Of a stretch of DNA of 64,000 nucleotides, positions 54,256-62,353 are shown one piece after another. The stretch lies in NCBI GenBank assembly GCA_910588095.1, contig CAJUQH010000009.1:2606-66605 (forward strand), in the 5' to 3' direction. Each line of letters begins with the position of its first letter. The first letter of the stretch is position 1. Under the pieces are notes generated by a model. That model had not been told where the DNA came from. It made no database searches and saw only the letters and a program-made list of their open reading frames with translations. The position numbers and the translations under genes are program-made. This stretch comes from an uncultured Eggerthellaceae bacterium (GTDB lineage Bacteria > Actinomycetota > Coriobacteriia > Coriobacteriales > Eggerthellaceae).

Positions 54256-54648
54256 ATGGCAGGTGAAGCTCTGTATTACGGCACCGGCCGCCGCAAGAAC
54301 GCCGTGGCGCGCGTGCGCCTGGTGCCCGGCACCGGCAAGGTGACCGTCAACGGCCGCGAGGGCGTCGACTACTTCGGCCGCGAGTCGCTGGTCGACTACG
54401 CCAAGGCCCCGTTCAAGGTGACCGACACCATGGGCCATTTCGACGTGCTGGCCAACATCAAGGGCGGCGGCATCTCGGGTCAGGCCGGCGCGCTGCGCCA
54501 TGGCATCTCCCGTGCGCTGCTCGAGGCTGGCGATTACCGCGCCGAGCTGAAGAAGGCCGGTTTCCTGACGCGCGACTCCCGTATGGTCGAGCGCAAGAAG
54601 TACGGCCTGAAGAAGGCCCGCAAGCGCCCGCAGTTCTCCAAGCGCTAA
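54256..54648 (+). CDS. rpsI: 30S ribosomal protein S9
   Basis: '[19 protein letters not shown]...[12 protein letters not shown]'. Confidence 0.95.
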   Translation: MAGEALYYGTGRRKNAVARVRLVPGTGKVTVNGREGVDYFGRESLVDYAKAPFKVTDTMGHFDVLANIKGGGISGQAGALRHGISRALLEAGDYRAELKKAGFLTRDSRMVERKKYGLKKARKRPQFSKR

Positions 54649-54684
54649 GGCCCAGCCCTCACAGCGTTGCAGGTTCTGCGACCG

Positions 54685-54720
54685 AGCCCCCTGGCTTCAC
54701 TGCCGGGGGGCTTTTTCGTT
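54685..54720 (+). terminator. Rho-independent terminator after rpsI
   Basis: AGCCCCCTGGC-ttcact-GCCGGGGGGCT, followed by TTTTCGTT. Confidence 0.75.
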
Positions 54721-54888
54721 GCGCGGGATTCGCGGCTCTGCCTTCGGCGGCCACCTGCGGCTTCGCAGGATGTGCGCGCTCTATAGATAGAGCGCCTAAT
54801 CGGGGAAAGCCCGCGCGCAACGGGCGGCCTTTCGGTTAATATGGGAAGGATGGAACGCAAGGCGCGAAGCTTGGAGGAGATTCCCCTT

Positions 54889-55605
54889 ATGGCTGATGGA
54901 TACAAGTATGACCGCGTGCTGCTGAAGCTGTCGGGCGAGGCCCTGGCTGGCGACCAGGGCTACGGCATCGACCCGAAGGTGGTCGACCGCCTTTCCGAGG
55001 AGATAGCCGAGATCGTGCGCGACGGCGTGCAGCTGGCCGTGGTGGTGGGCGGCGGCAACATCTTCCGCGGGCTCGCCGGCTCGGCCGAGGGCATGGACCG
55101 CGCCCAGGCCGACTACATCGGCATGCTGGCCACGGTGATGAACGCCCTGGCCCTGCAGGATTCCTTCGAGCGCCACGGGGTGTTCAGCCGCGTGCAGAGC
55201 GCCATCAACATGCAAGAGGTGTCCGAGCCCTACATCCGCCGCCGCGCCCTGCGCCACCTGGAGAAGGGCCGCGTGGTCATCCTGGCTGCGGGCACGGGCA
55301 ACCCCTACTTCACCACCGACACCACCGCTGCGCTGCGCGCCTGCGAGCTGGACGTGGACTGCCTCATGAAGGCCACCAAGGTCGACGGCGTCTATGACAG
55401 CGACCCGGCCAAGAACCCCGAGGCGAAGCGCTTCGATCGCATCACCTACATGGACGTGCTCAACCGCGGGCTGAACGTCATGGATGCCACGGCCACCTCG
55501 CTGTGCATGGACAACGACGTGCCCATGATAGTGTTCGACCTGACCAAGCAGGGCAACATCCAGGCGGCGCTGAAAGGCGCCGACGTCGGCACGGTGGTGG
55601 AGTAG
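54889..55605 (+). CDS. pyrH: UMP kinase
   Basis: '[13 protein letters not shown]', '[10 protein letters not shown]'. ATG 54889 follows GGAGGAGA. Confidence 0.9.
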   Translation: MADGYKYDRVLLKLSGEALAGDQGYGIDPKVVDRLSEEIAEIVRDGVQLAVVVGGGNIFRGLAGSAEGMDRAQADYIGMLATVMNALALQDSFERHGVFSRVQSAINMQEVSEPYIRRRALRHLEKGRVVILAAGTGNPYFTTDTTAALRACELDVDCLMKATKVDGVYDSDPAKNPEAKRFDRITYMDVLNRGLNVMDATATSLCMDNDVPMIVFDLTKQGNIQAALKGADVGTVVE

Positions 55606-55662
55606 CCGCGCCGCAACGACCGCACGATTAGAGGAACCTGAAAGAGGAGGAGGGCGCAAGCC

Positions 55663-56226
55663 ATGGCAGAGGTAGACGAGATCCTGACGAAGGCGGAAGG
55701 CCGCATGGGCAAGGCGCTCGAGGCGCTGCATGACAACTTCACCGGCGTGCGCACCGGCCGCGCGACGCCCATGGTGCTCGACCGCATCAAGGTTGACTAC
55801 TACGGCACCCCCACCCCCATCAACCAGATGGCGGGCGTGAAGACCCCCGATGCCCACATGCTGGTCATCGAGCCGTGGGACAAGTCGGTGCTGGGCGCCA
55901 TCGAGAAGGCCATCCTCGAGAGCGACCTGGGCGTGACCCCCAACAACGACGGCGCCGTGCTGCGCCTGCCGTTCCCCCAGCTTACCGAGGAGCGCCGTCG
56001 CGAGCTGGTGAAGCAGTGCAAGGCTTACGCCGAGGAGGCCCGCGTGGCCGTGCGCAACGCGCGCCGCGACGCCAACGACGCCATCGGCAAGGCGCAGAAG
56101 AACGACGGCCTGCCTGAGGACGAGGCCAAGCGCGCCGAGGAAGCCGTGCAGAAGCTTACCGACAAGTTCGTGAAGGACGTCGAGGAAGCCACCAAGAAGA
56201 AGGAAGCGGAAGTGATGGAGATCTAG
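55663..56226 (+). CDS. frr: Ribosome recycling factor
   Basis: 187 aa. '...VRTGRATPMVLDRIKVDYYGTPTPINQMA...'. Confidence 0.95.
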   Translation: MAEVDEILTKAEGRMGKALEALHDNFTGVRTGRATPMVLDRIKVDYYGTPTPINQMAGVKTPDAHMLVIEPWDKSVLGAIEKAILESDLGVTPNNDGAVLRLPFPQLTEERRRELVKQCKAYAEEARVAVRNARRDANDAIGKAQKNDGLPEDEAKRAEEAVQKLTDKFVKDVEEATKKKEAEVMEI

Positions 56227-56281
56227 GCTTTCCCGCGAAGCGGGGAAGCCTCGCTTCGACGAGCTTCGCCTATGGTGGTAA

Positions 56282-57064
56282 ATGAACAAGCCCCTCGACT
56301 ACATATTCCCCGATGTGCCGGCCGACATCGATTTGTCGGCCTTGCGCGCCGATGCCATCCCGCAGCACATCGCCATCATCATGGATGGCAACGGCCGCTG
56401 GGCCAAGAAGCGGGCGCTCAACCGCCTGCGCGGCCACAAGGCGGGCATCGAGGCGGTGCGGGAGGCTATCCGCTGCGCGTCTGACCTGGGCGTGCGCTAC
56501 CTGACCATCTACTCGTTCTCCACCGAGAACTGGAAGCGCCCCGAAGACGAGGTCGTGGGGCTCATGGACCTGTTCGCCAAGACCATGCTGGCCGAAGTGG
56601 ACGAGCTGCACGACGAGCACGTGCGCGTGATGACCATCGGCGACCTTTCGCCCTTGCCGCCCGAGACGCGCGCGGCGTTCGACGAGGCGTGGGAGAAGAC
56701 GCGCCGCAACGACGGCATGACGCTGGTGGTGGCGCTCAACTACGGCGGCCGGCAAGAGCTCTTGCACGCTGCCCAGGAATGCGTGCGGCGCTGCATGCTG
56801 CGCGCCGAGGCCGGCGGCGGGGCGCCCGAGGTGACCGAGGACCTGCTGGAGCAAGGCCTGTTCACCTACGGCATACCCGACCCGGAGGTCATCGTGCGCA
56901 CGAGCGGCGAGATGCGCCTCTCGAACTTCCTTCTGTGGCAGGCGGCCTATGCCGAGTTCGTCTCGTCGCCGGTGCTGTGGCCCGACTTCGACCGCTACGA
57001 GCTGCTGCGCTGCCTGCTGGAGTACCAGCGGCGCGACCGCCGGTTCGGCGGGGTAGGCGCATGA
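56282..57064 (+). CDS. uppS: Isoprenyl transferase (undecaprenyl-diphosphate synthase)
   Basis: 'HIAIIMDGNGRWA', 'RTSGEMRLSNFLLWQ'. Confidence 0.9.
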   Translation: MNKPLDYIFPDVPADIDLSALRADAIPQHIAIIMDGNGRWAKKRALNRLRGHKAGIEAVREAIRCASDLGVRYLTIYSFSTENWKRPEDEVVGLMDLFAKTMLAEVDELHDEHVRVMTIGDLSPLPPETRAAFDEAWEKTRRNDGMTLVVALNYGGRQELLHAAQECVRRCMLRAEAGGGAPEVTEDLLEQGLFTYGIPDPEVIVRTSGEMRLSNFLLWQAAYAEFVSSPVLWPDFDRYELLRCLLEYQRRDRRFGGVGA

Positions 57065-58179
57065 CGGCCGGCGGCCAGCTGACCGAGAAGCAGCGCGCCG
57101 CCCGGGCGCGCCTGCGCGAGCGCACCGACGAGCTGTGCCGCCAGGCCGATGGGCACCCGTGCCGCCCCACCACGCGCGACCTGGTGCTCGAGGAGGAGCT
57201 GGACGTGGTGCTCGACGCCGTGCCAGCCGGCCCCCCATGGCACTACGACATGACGCCGAGCGAGCAGGCGAAGCGCCAGCAGAAGCGCGACCGCCGCGCC
57301 CAGACCAAGGAGAAGGTCAAGGAGAAGGCGCTCGACAAGGCCCCTGAGAAGCTGAAGAACCCCACGAGCCTTCAGGTGCGCTTCCGCACGGGCGTGGTGT
57401 ACACCGCGGTCACCGTGCTGTCGGTGCTGGCCGGAGGCCTGCCCATGCTGGTCATGCTCATGGTGGTGGCCGGCATCTGCGCGGGCGAGTTCTACTACAT
57501 GCTGCGCCAAGACGCCAAGCTGCCCAACGAGATGCTGGGCATCATCGCGGCGGTGCTCTACCTGCCCGCCGTGTACTTCTTCGGGGCCATGGGGGCGCTG
57601 GCAGTGAGCCTGGCGTTGCTGCTGGCGCTGCTGGTGTGGTACGTGTTCTGGCTGCGCAGCCGCATCCCCGATGTGTGCGAGAGCTTCTTCGGCGCATCGT
57701 ACACGGGCCTGCTGCTGTGCGGGCTGGTGGTCATCCAGCAGGCGCTTCCGTACCCGTGGGGCAGCATCGTGGTGCTGCTGCTGTTCCTGAGCGTGTGGGC
57801 CAACGACTCGTTCGCCTACCTGGTGGGCAGCAAGTTCGGCAAGCACAAGCTGGCGCCGCGCACGAGCCCCAAGAAGAGCTGGGAGGGCTTCCTGGCGGGC
57901 ATCGTGGGTTCGGCGGCGTTCTGGGTGGCCATCGCGTTCGTGCCGGGGGTGCAGCTGCCGGTGTGGCTGGCGGTGCTGTTCGGCGTGGTGTGCGCCCTGG
58001 CTGAGGTGCTGGGCGACCTGGTGGAGAGCCGCATCAAGCGCAATTCCGGCTTCAAGGACTCGGGCACCATCATGCCGGGCCACGGGGGGCTGCTCGACCG
58101 TTGCGATTCGCTGTTCCTGGCGTCGGCGGTGGCGGCCATCCTGCTGGTGGGCTTCGGCTGCATACCCTCGGTGCTGTAG
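57061..58179 (+). CDS. cdsA: Phosphatidate cytidylyltransferase
   Basis: 'SPKKSWEG', 'PGHGGLLDRCDS'. ATGA overlap with uppS; has a long hydrophilic N-terminus. Confidence 0.85.
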   Translation: MTAGGQLTEKQRAARARLRERTDELCRQADGHPCRPTTRDLVLEEELDVVLDAVPAGPPWHYDMTPSEQAKRQQKRDRRAQTKEKVKEKALDKAPEKLKNPTSLQVRFRTGVVYTAVTVLSVLAGGLPMLVMLMVVAGICAGEFYYMLRQDAKLPNEMLGIIAAVLYLPAVYFFGAMGALAVSLALLLALLVWYVFWLRSRIPDVCESFFGASYTGLLLCGLVVIQQALPYPWGSIVVLLLFLSVWANDSFAYLVGSKFGKHKLAPRTSPKKSWEGFLAGIVGSAAFWVAIAFVPGVQLPVWLAVLFGVVCALAEVLGDLVESRIKRNSGFKDSGTIMPGHGGLLDRCDSLFLASAVAAILLVGFGCIPSVL

Positions 58180-58235
58180 CAGTGCAGCCGCGCCCGCTTC
58201 GCCGGGGGCGCGGGCATGCGGAAAGGTTGGCAGAT

Positions 58236-59486
58236 ATGGGCACGCGCAAGCGCATCGTGGTGTTGGGCTCCACCGGCTCCATCGGAAGGCAGACCCTCGA
58301 CGTGGTGTGCCAGCACTCGGACAAGCTGGAAGTGGTGGCCTTGGCGGCCCATGGCAGCGTGGACGCGCTGCTGGCCCAGGCGCGGGCGTTCGGCGTGCGG
58401 CACGTGGCGCTGGGCGACCCGGCTGCGGCGGCGAGCCCTTCCTTCGAGGCGCTCGAGCGCACGGTGTTCGACGGGCCGCCGACGGGCGATGTGGTGATGC
58501 CCGAGGCGCCGGGTGGCGGGGGCACGGAGCCTTCGGTTGGCCTGGGGCCTGAGGCGGTGGCGGCCCTGGCTGCGCTGCCCGAGGCCGATATCGTGGTGAA
58601 CGCCCTGGTGGGTGCCGCGGGCATGCGGGCCAGCTACGACACGCTGCGGGCCGGCAAGGTGCTGGCGCTGGCCAACAAGGAGTCGCTGGTGGTGGCGGGC
58701 GACCTGATCATGCCGCTGGCGCGGCAGCTGGACGCGGCGGCGGGACGCCAGCACGCGCTCATGCCCATCGATTCCGAGCACGGCGCCATCTACCAGTGCC
58801 TGCTGGGGGAAGATGCGCGCGAGGTCGCGCGGCTGTGGGTGACCGCTTCCGGCGGCCCCTTTCGCGGGCGCACTGCCGACGAGCTGCGCGGCATAGCGCC
58901 CGAGCAGGCCCTGGCGCACCCTACCTGGAACATGGGCGCCAAGATAACCATCGACTCATCCACGCTCATGAACAAGGGACTCGAGGTCATCGAGGCGCAT
59001 CACCTGTTCACGATGGATTATGGCCGCATCGAGGTGGTGGTGCAGCCCCAGAGCGCCATCCATTCCATGGTGGAGTTCGCCGACGGCAGCGTGAAGGCGC
59101 ACCTGGGCACCACCGACATGCGCATTCCCATCCAGTTCGCGCTGAGCTACCCCGAGCGCTGGGACGCGCCGGTGGAGCCGCTCGACTTCCGCACGCTGGG
59201 CACGTTGGAGTTCGCGGCGCCCGACATCGACACGTTCCGCTGCCTGGCGCTGGCGCGTTACGCGGGGGAATGCGGCGGCACGCTGCCGTGCGCCATGAAT
59301 GCGGCCAACGAGGTGGCCGTAGCGGCGTTCTTGGCTGGGCGCGGGAGCTACCTGGGCATCGCGGGCACGGTCGAGGCGGTCATGGAGGCGCACGAGCGCG
59401 AAGGCGTCCAGGAGGTAACGAGCCTTGAACAACTGGAGGCTGTGGACGCGTGGGCGCGCCGGTTCGCGGAGAATCATCTGATGTGA
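58236..59486 (+). CDS. dxr: 1-deoxy-D-xylulose 5-phosphate reductoisomerase
   Basis: 'VLGSTGSIGRQTLDV', 'LANKESLV', 'NMGAKITIDSSTLMNKGLEVIEAH'. Confidence 0.9.
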   Translation: MGTRKRIVVLGSTGSIGRQTLDVVCQHSDKLEVVALAAHGSVDALLAQARAFGVRHVALGDPAAAASPSFEALERTVFDGPPTGDVVMPEAPGGGGTEPSVGLGPEAVAALAALPEADIVVNALVGAAGMRASYDTLRAGKVLALANKESLVVAGDLIMPLARQLDAAAGRQHALMPIDSEHGAIYQCLLGEDAREVARLWVTASGGPFRGRTADELRGIAPEQALAHPTWNMGAKITIDSSTLMNKGLEVIEAHHLFTMDYGRIEVVVQPQSAIHSMVEFADGSVKAHLGTTDMRIPIQFALSYPERWDAPVEPLDFRTLGTLEFAAPDIDTFRCLALARYAGECGGTLPCAMNAANEVAVAAFLAGRGSYLGIAGTVEAVMEAHEREGVQEVTSLEQLEAVDAWARRFAENHLM

Positions 59487-59636
59487 CGTGCGAGGCGCTG
59501 GCGCGGGGCGTCGGCCTGGGCGGCCGGGCGCTATGCGGGCGGCTTCGTGCGGGCGCGTGATGTGTCGTGCGGCTTGTGCGCGTAATGGCGTGCGCGGCTG
59601 CGCGGCGCGTTGTGGAGACGAGAGGAAGGCCTTGAG

Positions 59637-59894
59637 ATGGCATACTTGAGCAACCTGACCCTGTATTACAAGCCCACCTGCCCCTTCTGCATCAAGGTGC
59701 TGGATTACATGGAGCAGCAGGACATCGCCTGCGAGATGCGCGATACGCTGCAGCCGGGCGTGCGCGGCGAACTGGTGGCGATCGGGGGCAAGGGCCAGGT
59801 GCCGTGCCTGATCATCGACGGGGCGCCGCTGTACGAGTCGGACGACATCATCGCGTACCTGCATGGCCTGGTGGCTGCTGACGAGCTGGGCTAG
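59637..59894 (+). CDS. Glutaredoxin-like (thioredoxin-fold) protein
   Basis: 85 aa. 'LYYKPTCPFCIKV' with a CPFC active site, and 'GKGQVPCLIIDG'. Confidence 0.75.
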   Translation: MAYLSNLTLYYKPTCPFCIKVLDYMEQQDIACEMRDTLQPGVRGELVAIGGKGQVPCLIIDGAPLYESDDIIAYLHGLVAADELG

Positions 59895-59909
59895 GGAAGG
59901 GGCGCGGCC

Positions 59910-60377
59910 ATGAAGATAGTGAGCGAGTTCCGCGAGTTCATCGAGCGCGGCAATGTCATGGACATGGCCGTGGGCATCATCGTCGGCGCGGCGTTCACCG
60001 CTATCGTCACGTCGCTGGTGGACAACATCATCACGCCGTTCATCACGCTGGTGACCGGCGGCAACGGCACCGAGGTGAAGGGGCTTTCGATTCCTGTGCC
60101 GGGCACCGAGAACGGCATCGACTTCGGGGCGTTCATTGGGGCGGTCATCAACTTCCTCATCATCGCGTTCGTGGTGTTCCTCATGGTGAAGGCCATGAAC
60201 AAGCTGCGCGACAAGGGCGCGAAGGTGCTCGGCAAGAACGGCGAGGAGCTGCAAGAGAAGGCGCCGGCGTGCCCCTATTGCCTGGAGAACGTGCTGGAGG
60301 GGGCCACGCGCTGCCCGCATTGTGCGGCTGAGCTGCCCGCACCTGCCGCGCCTACCGTGGTGGCGGCTGAGGGATAG
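59910..60377 (+). CDS. mscL: Large-conductance mechanosensitive channel with a C-terminal CxxC...CxxC zinc-ribbon tail
   Basis: 'FREFIERGNVMDMAVGIIVGAAF', and a tail 'CPYCLENVLEGATRCPHCAAEL'. Confidence 0.9.
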   Translation: MKIVSEFREFIERGNVMDMAVGIIVGAAFTAIVTSLVDNIITPFITLVTGGNGTEVKGLSIPVPGTENGIDFGAFIGAVINFLIIAFVVFLMVKAMNKLRDKGAKVLGKNGEELQEKAPACPYCLENVLEGATRCPHCAAELPAPAAPTVVAAEG

Positions 60378-60525
60378 GATTCCCTGCGCCGACGCCTGGC
60401 CTACGAGGAGCGGATGTCGCCTGGGGCCATTCAGGCGGCTCCTTGGCCTTCTCGTGGCCTGTGGGGCGGTCGCTGGGCGAGCTGCCGTTCGAGCTTGCTG
60501 CCGCCCGATTGCTGACGCGTTGCGC

Positions 60526-61107
60526 CTAAGCCTCCTTCTTCGAGCAGAGCAGCAGGATGCCCGAGACTATGTTCACGAAGATGAGCGTGCATACGCCCAG
60601 GGCCACGGTGTTGGGCTTCGTGCCTTTGTAGATGCCCCAGGTGCGCACTGTCATGGGTATCATCCAGGCCAGCGGGATGATGAGCCAGCAGCATCCGGCG
60701 ATGGTGATGAGGTTCAGGATGAAGGCGATGAGCCGCAGCGTGCGGTCGGTGTCGGTCATGGTGTAGACGACCGGAACCGTGGTGCCGGCGGGTGCGGACT
60801 GCTGGACGTTGACGGTCACCGTGGGCTGGGGCGCTTGGGCGGCTGCGGCGGTCGTGGCGGCCTGGGTGGCGTCAGCGGCGGGTTGCGCAGCGGCTGCGGC
60901 GGGCTGGGCGTCAGCGGTTGCGGCATGATGGTCGCTGGCTGGCTGGGCGTTGGCAGCCGTGGTGGGCTGCGCGGCGGCTGCGGCGGTCGTGGCGGCCGGT
61001 TGCCCCTGGGCGGGCGCGTAGTGGTCGGTCCATGCGGCGCCGTCCCAGTAGCGCAGCTTCGTCGTGTCGCCCATCGGGTCCGGATACCAACCTGCTTCTG
61101 CCGCCAT
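60526..61107 (-). CDS. DUF2510-type membrane protein (N-terminal 'GWYPDP...RYWDG..WT' module, A/T/Q-rich linker, C-terminal TM pair)
   Basis: 'MAAEAGWYPDPMGDTTKLRYWDGAAWTDHY'. ATG 61107 follows AAGGAGAGG. Confidence 0.7.
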   Translation of the reverse strand: MAAEAGWYPDPMGDTTKLRYWDGAAWTDHYAPAQGQPAATTAAAAAQPTTAANAQPASDHHAATADAQPAAAAAQPAADATQAATTAAAAQAPQPTVTVNVQQSAPAGTTVPVVYTMTDTDRTLRLIAFILNLITIAGCCWLIIPLAWMIPMTVRTWGIYKGTKPNTVALGVCTLIFVNIVSGILLLCSKKEA

Positions 61108-61562
61108 GAGCCTCTCCTTAAGTCTCAACTTCTCTCTCGCAACCAGTATAGGGCATCACCGGTGGGGGGTTCTGTACTATCGGCGATACATACGCAACGC
61201 GTCATACCAAGAGAGCCTTTGGTGGGCAATATGGTTAATATGTATCGTTTAATCTGCCTTTTCTTGGAATAAGGAGCTGGTTCTTTTGTGCTTAGATGCT
61301 TGAAGATTATGGCATAAGTGCATTCAGGCATGATTCAAGGGTGGTATCACGCTTTGCAATTGCCATGTCCCATAGGGTTGACTTGTGAGAAGCCCAACAT
61401 TCAATCCTGTAACGTATTCAGCAGAGGTAGGGCCACAGCGGAACTCGGGATTGCGTTCTCGTTTGAGAATCAAAGCAGACGAGGAGCTGAGGGGAAAATA
61501 AATCATTTCCGGATTGTCTGCAGATTCATCAGCCCACGCTATTGTTAAAGAAAAAGAGGCTC

Positions 61563-62351
61563 TTAGAAATTCCGAATCCCTTCAAATGCCGCCCCTAATA
61601 TCAATCCCAGCAAGAAAGTAATGATTCCAAACCACCATCGACCATTAAGCAGCTCATAGATACCCTGAGGATGCAAGCCGTAAACTTCTATTAAAGAGCT
61701 AGCGATTTTCAATCGATTCTCGCAAGCCATGCTTATGATATTGGAAATTTCATTCACTTTTCGAAGCGTGGACTGATGAAGCTTGACATATTCTTGTGCA
61801 TCGAATGCAATGGCCTCTCCTTCTCCTGATAGCAATTCTTTGCGACCCATATCGTTTAGCTCTAAGAGTTTTTGCATGCGGGGATGGCCACCTGCGTATC
61901 CTTCTCCGTAACAATCCTTTAGTACCCGAGCGATATCGATGAGTTTGCTATCATCTATCCTGTGGGGAACGCCGTTTAACACTTCGTAGCGATGGTAAAT
62001 CGCAGGGAAACCATAATTGATGTCTCTCATATTCCAATGAACCCATTTGGATTTTGTAGATTTCTGAATAAAGTCCATAAGCTCATCAAGCATGGCCTTT
62101 TCGAGCTCATCGTATTTATCGCTGATTGCGGCAAGCGGCACTCCCTGTTTTTCGGCAATTTTATGAATCGAAAAGGAGTGCGTTTGACCGGAATCAAGCT
62201 CCCTTACAGCAATAGAAGTAATTCGTGGGGTTCTCCCATCATGAATATCATAGAAGCTTTCGCATGAGTAATGGATTACCAGATAATCTCTTGGCGATTC
62301 TTCAATTTCTTTTAAGGTCTTCCTAGCCTGTTTGTGTCTCTTATAACGCAC
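61563..62351 (-). CDS. Uncharacterised 262-aa protein with a C-terminal TM anchor and a DnaQ/DEDD-exonuclease-like motif pattern (hypothesis). Translationally coupled to the upstream ATPase
   Basis: GTG start 2 nt after the ATPase TAG, with GAGGAA RBS. Motifs 'LVIHYSCESF', 'WVHWNMRDINYGF', 'AIAFDAQEYVKLH'. TM 'WWFGIITFLLGLILGAAF'. Lies in the low-GC island. Confidence 0.6.
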   Translation of the reverse strand: MRYKRHKQARKTLKEIEESPRDYLVIHYSCESFYDIHDGRTPRITSIAVRELDSGQTHSFSIHKIAEKQGVPLAAISDKYDELEKAMLDELMDFIQKSTKSKWVHWNMRDINYGFPAIYHRYEVLNGVPHRIDDSKLIDIARVLKDCYGEGYAGGHPRMQKLLELNDMGRKELLSGEGEAIAFDAQEYVKLHQSTLRKVNEISNIISMACENRLKIASSLIEVYGLHPQGIYELLNGRWWFGIITFLLGLILGAAFEGIRNF

Positions 62352-62353
62352 GT

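Noticed and set aside
60840-60998. GC-rich direct repeats (GCGGCTGCGGCGGTCGTGGCGGCC twice) inside the DUF2510 gene.
   Set aside because: They encode the in-frame Ala/Thr/Gln-rich low-complexity linker (AAAAQP...). This is ordinary coding-repeat expansion, not a separate element.
61318-61548. 76-aa (+) and 60-aa (-) ORFs at the island boundary. I also considered a possible tRNA fragment around 'ttcaatcctgt' (about 61399).
   Set aside because: There are no flanking complementary stems to form a T-arm or acceptor stem. The ORFs lack RBS and motifs.
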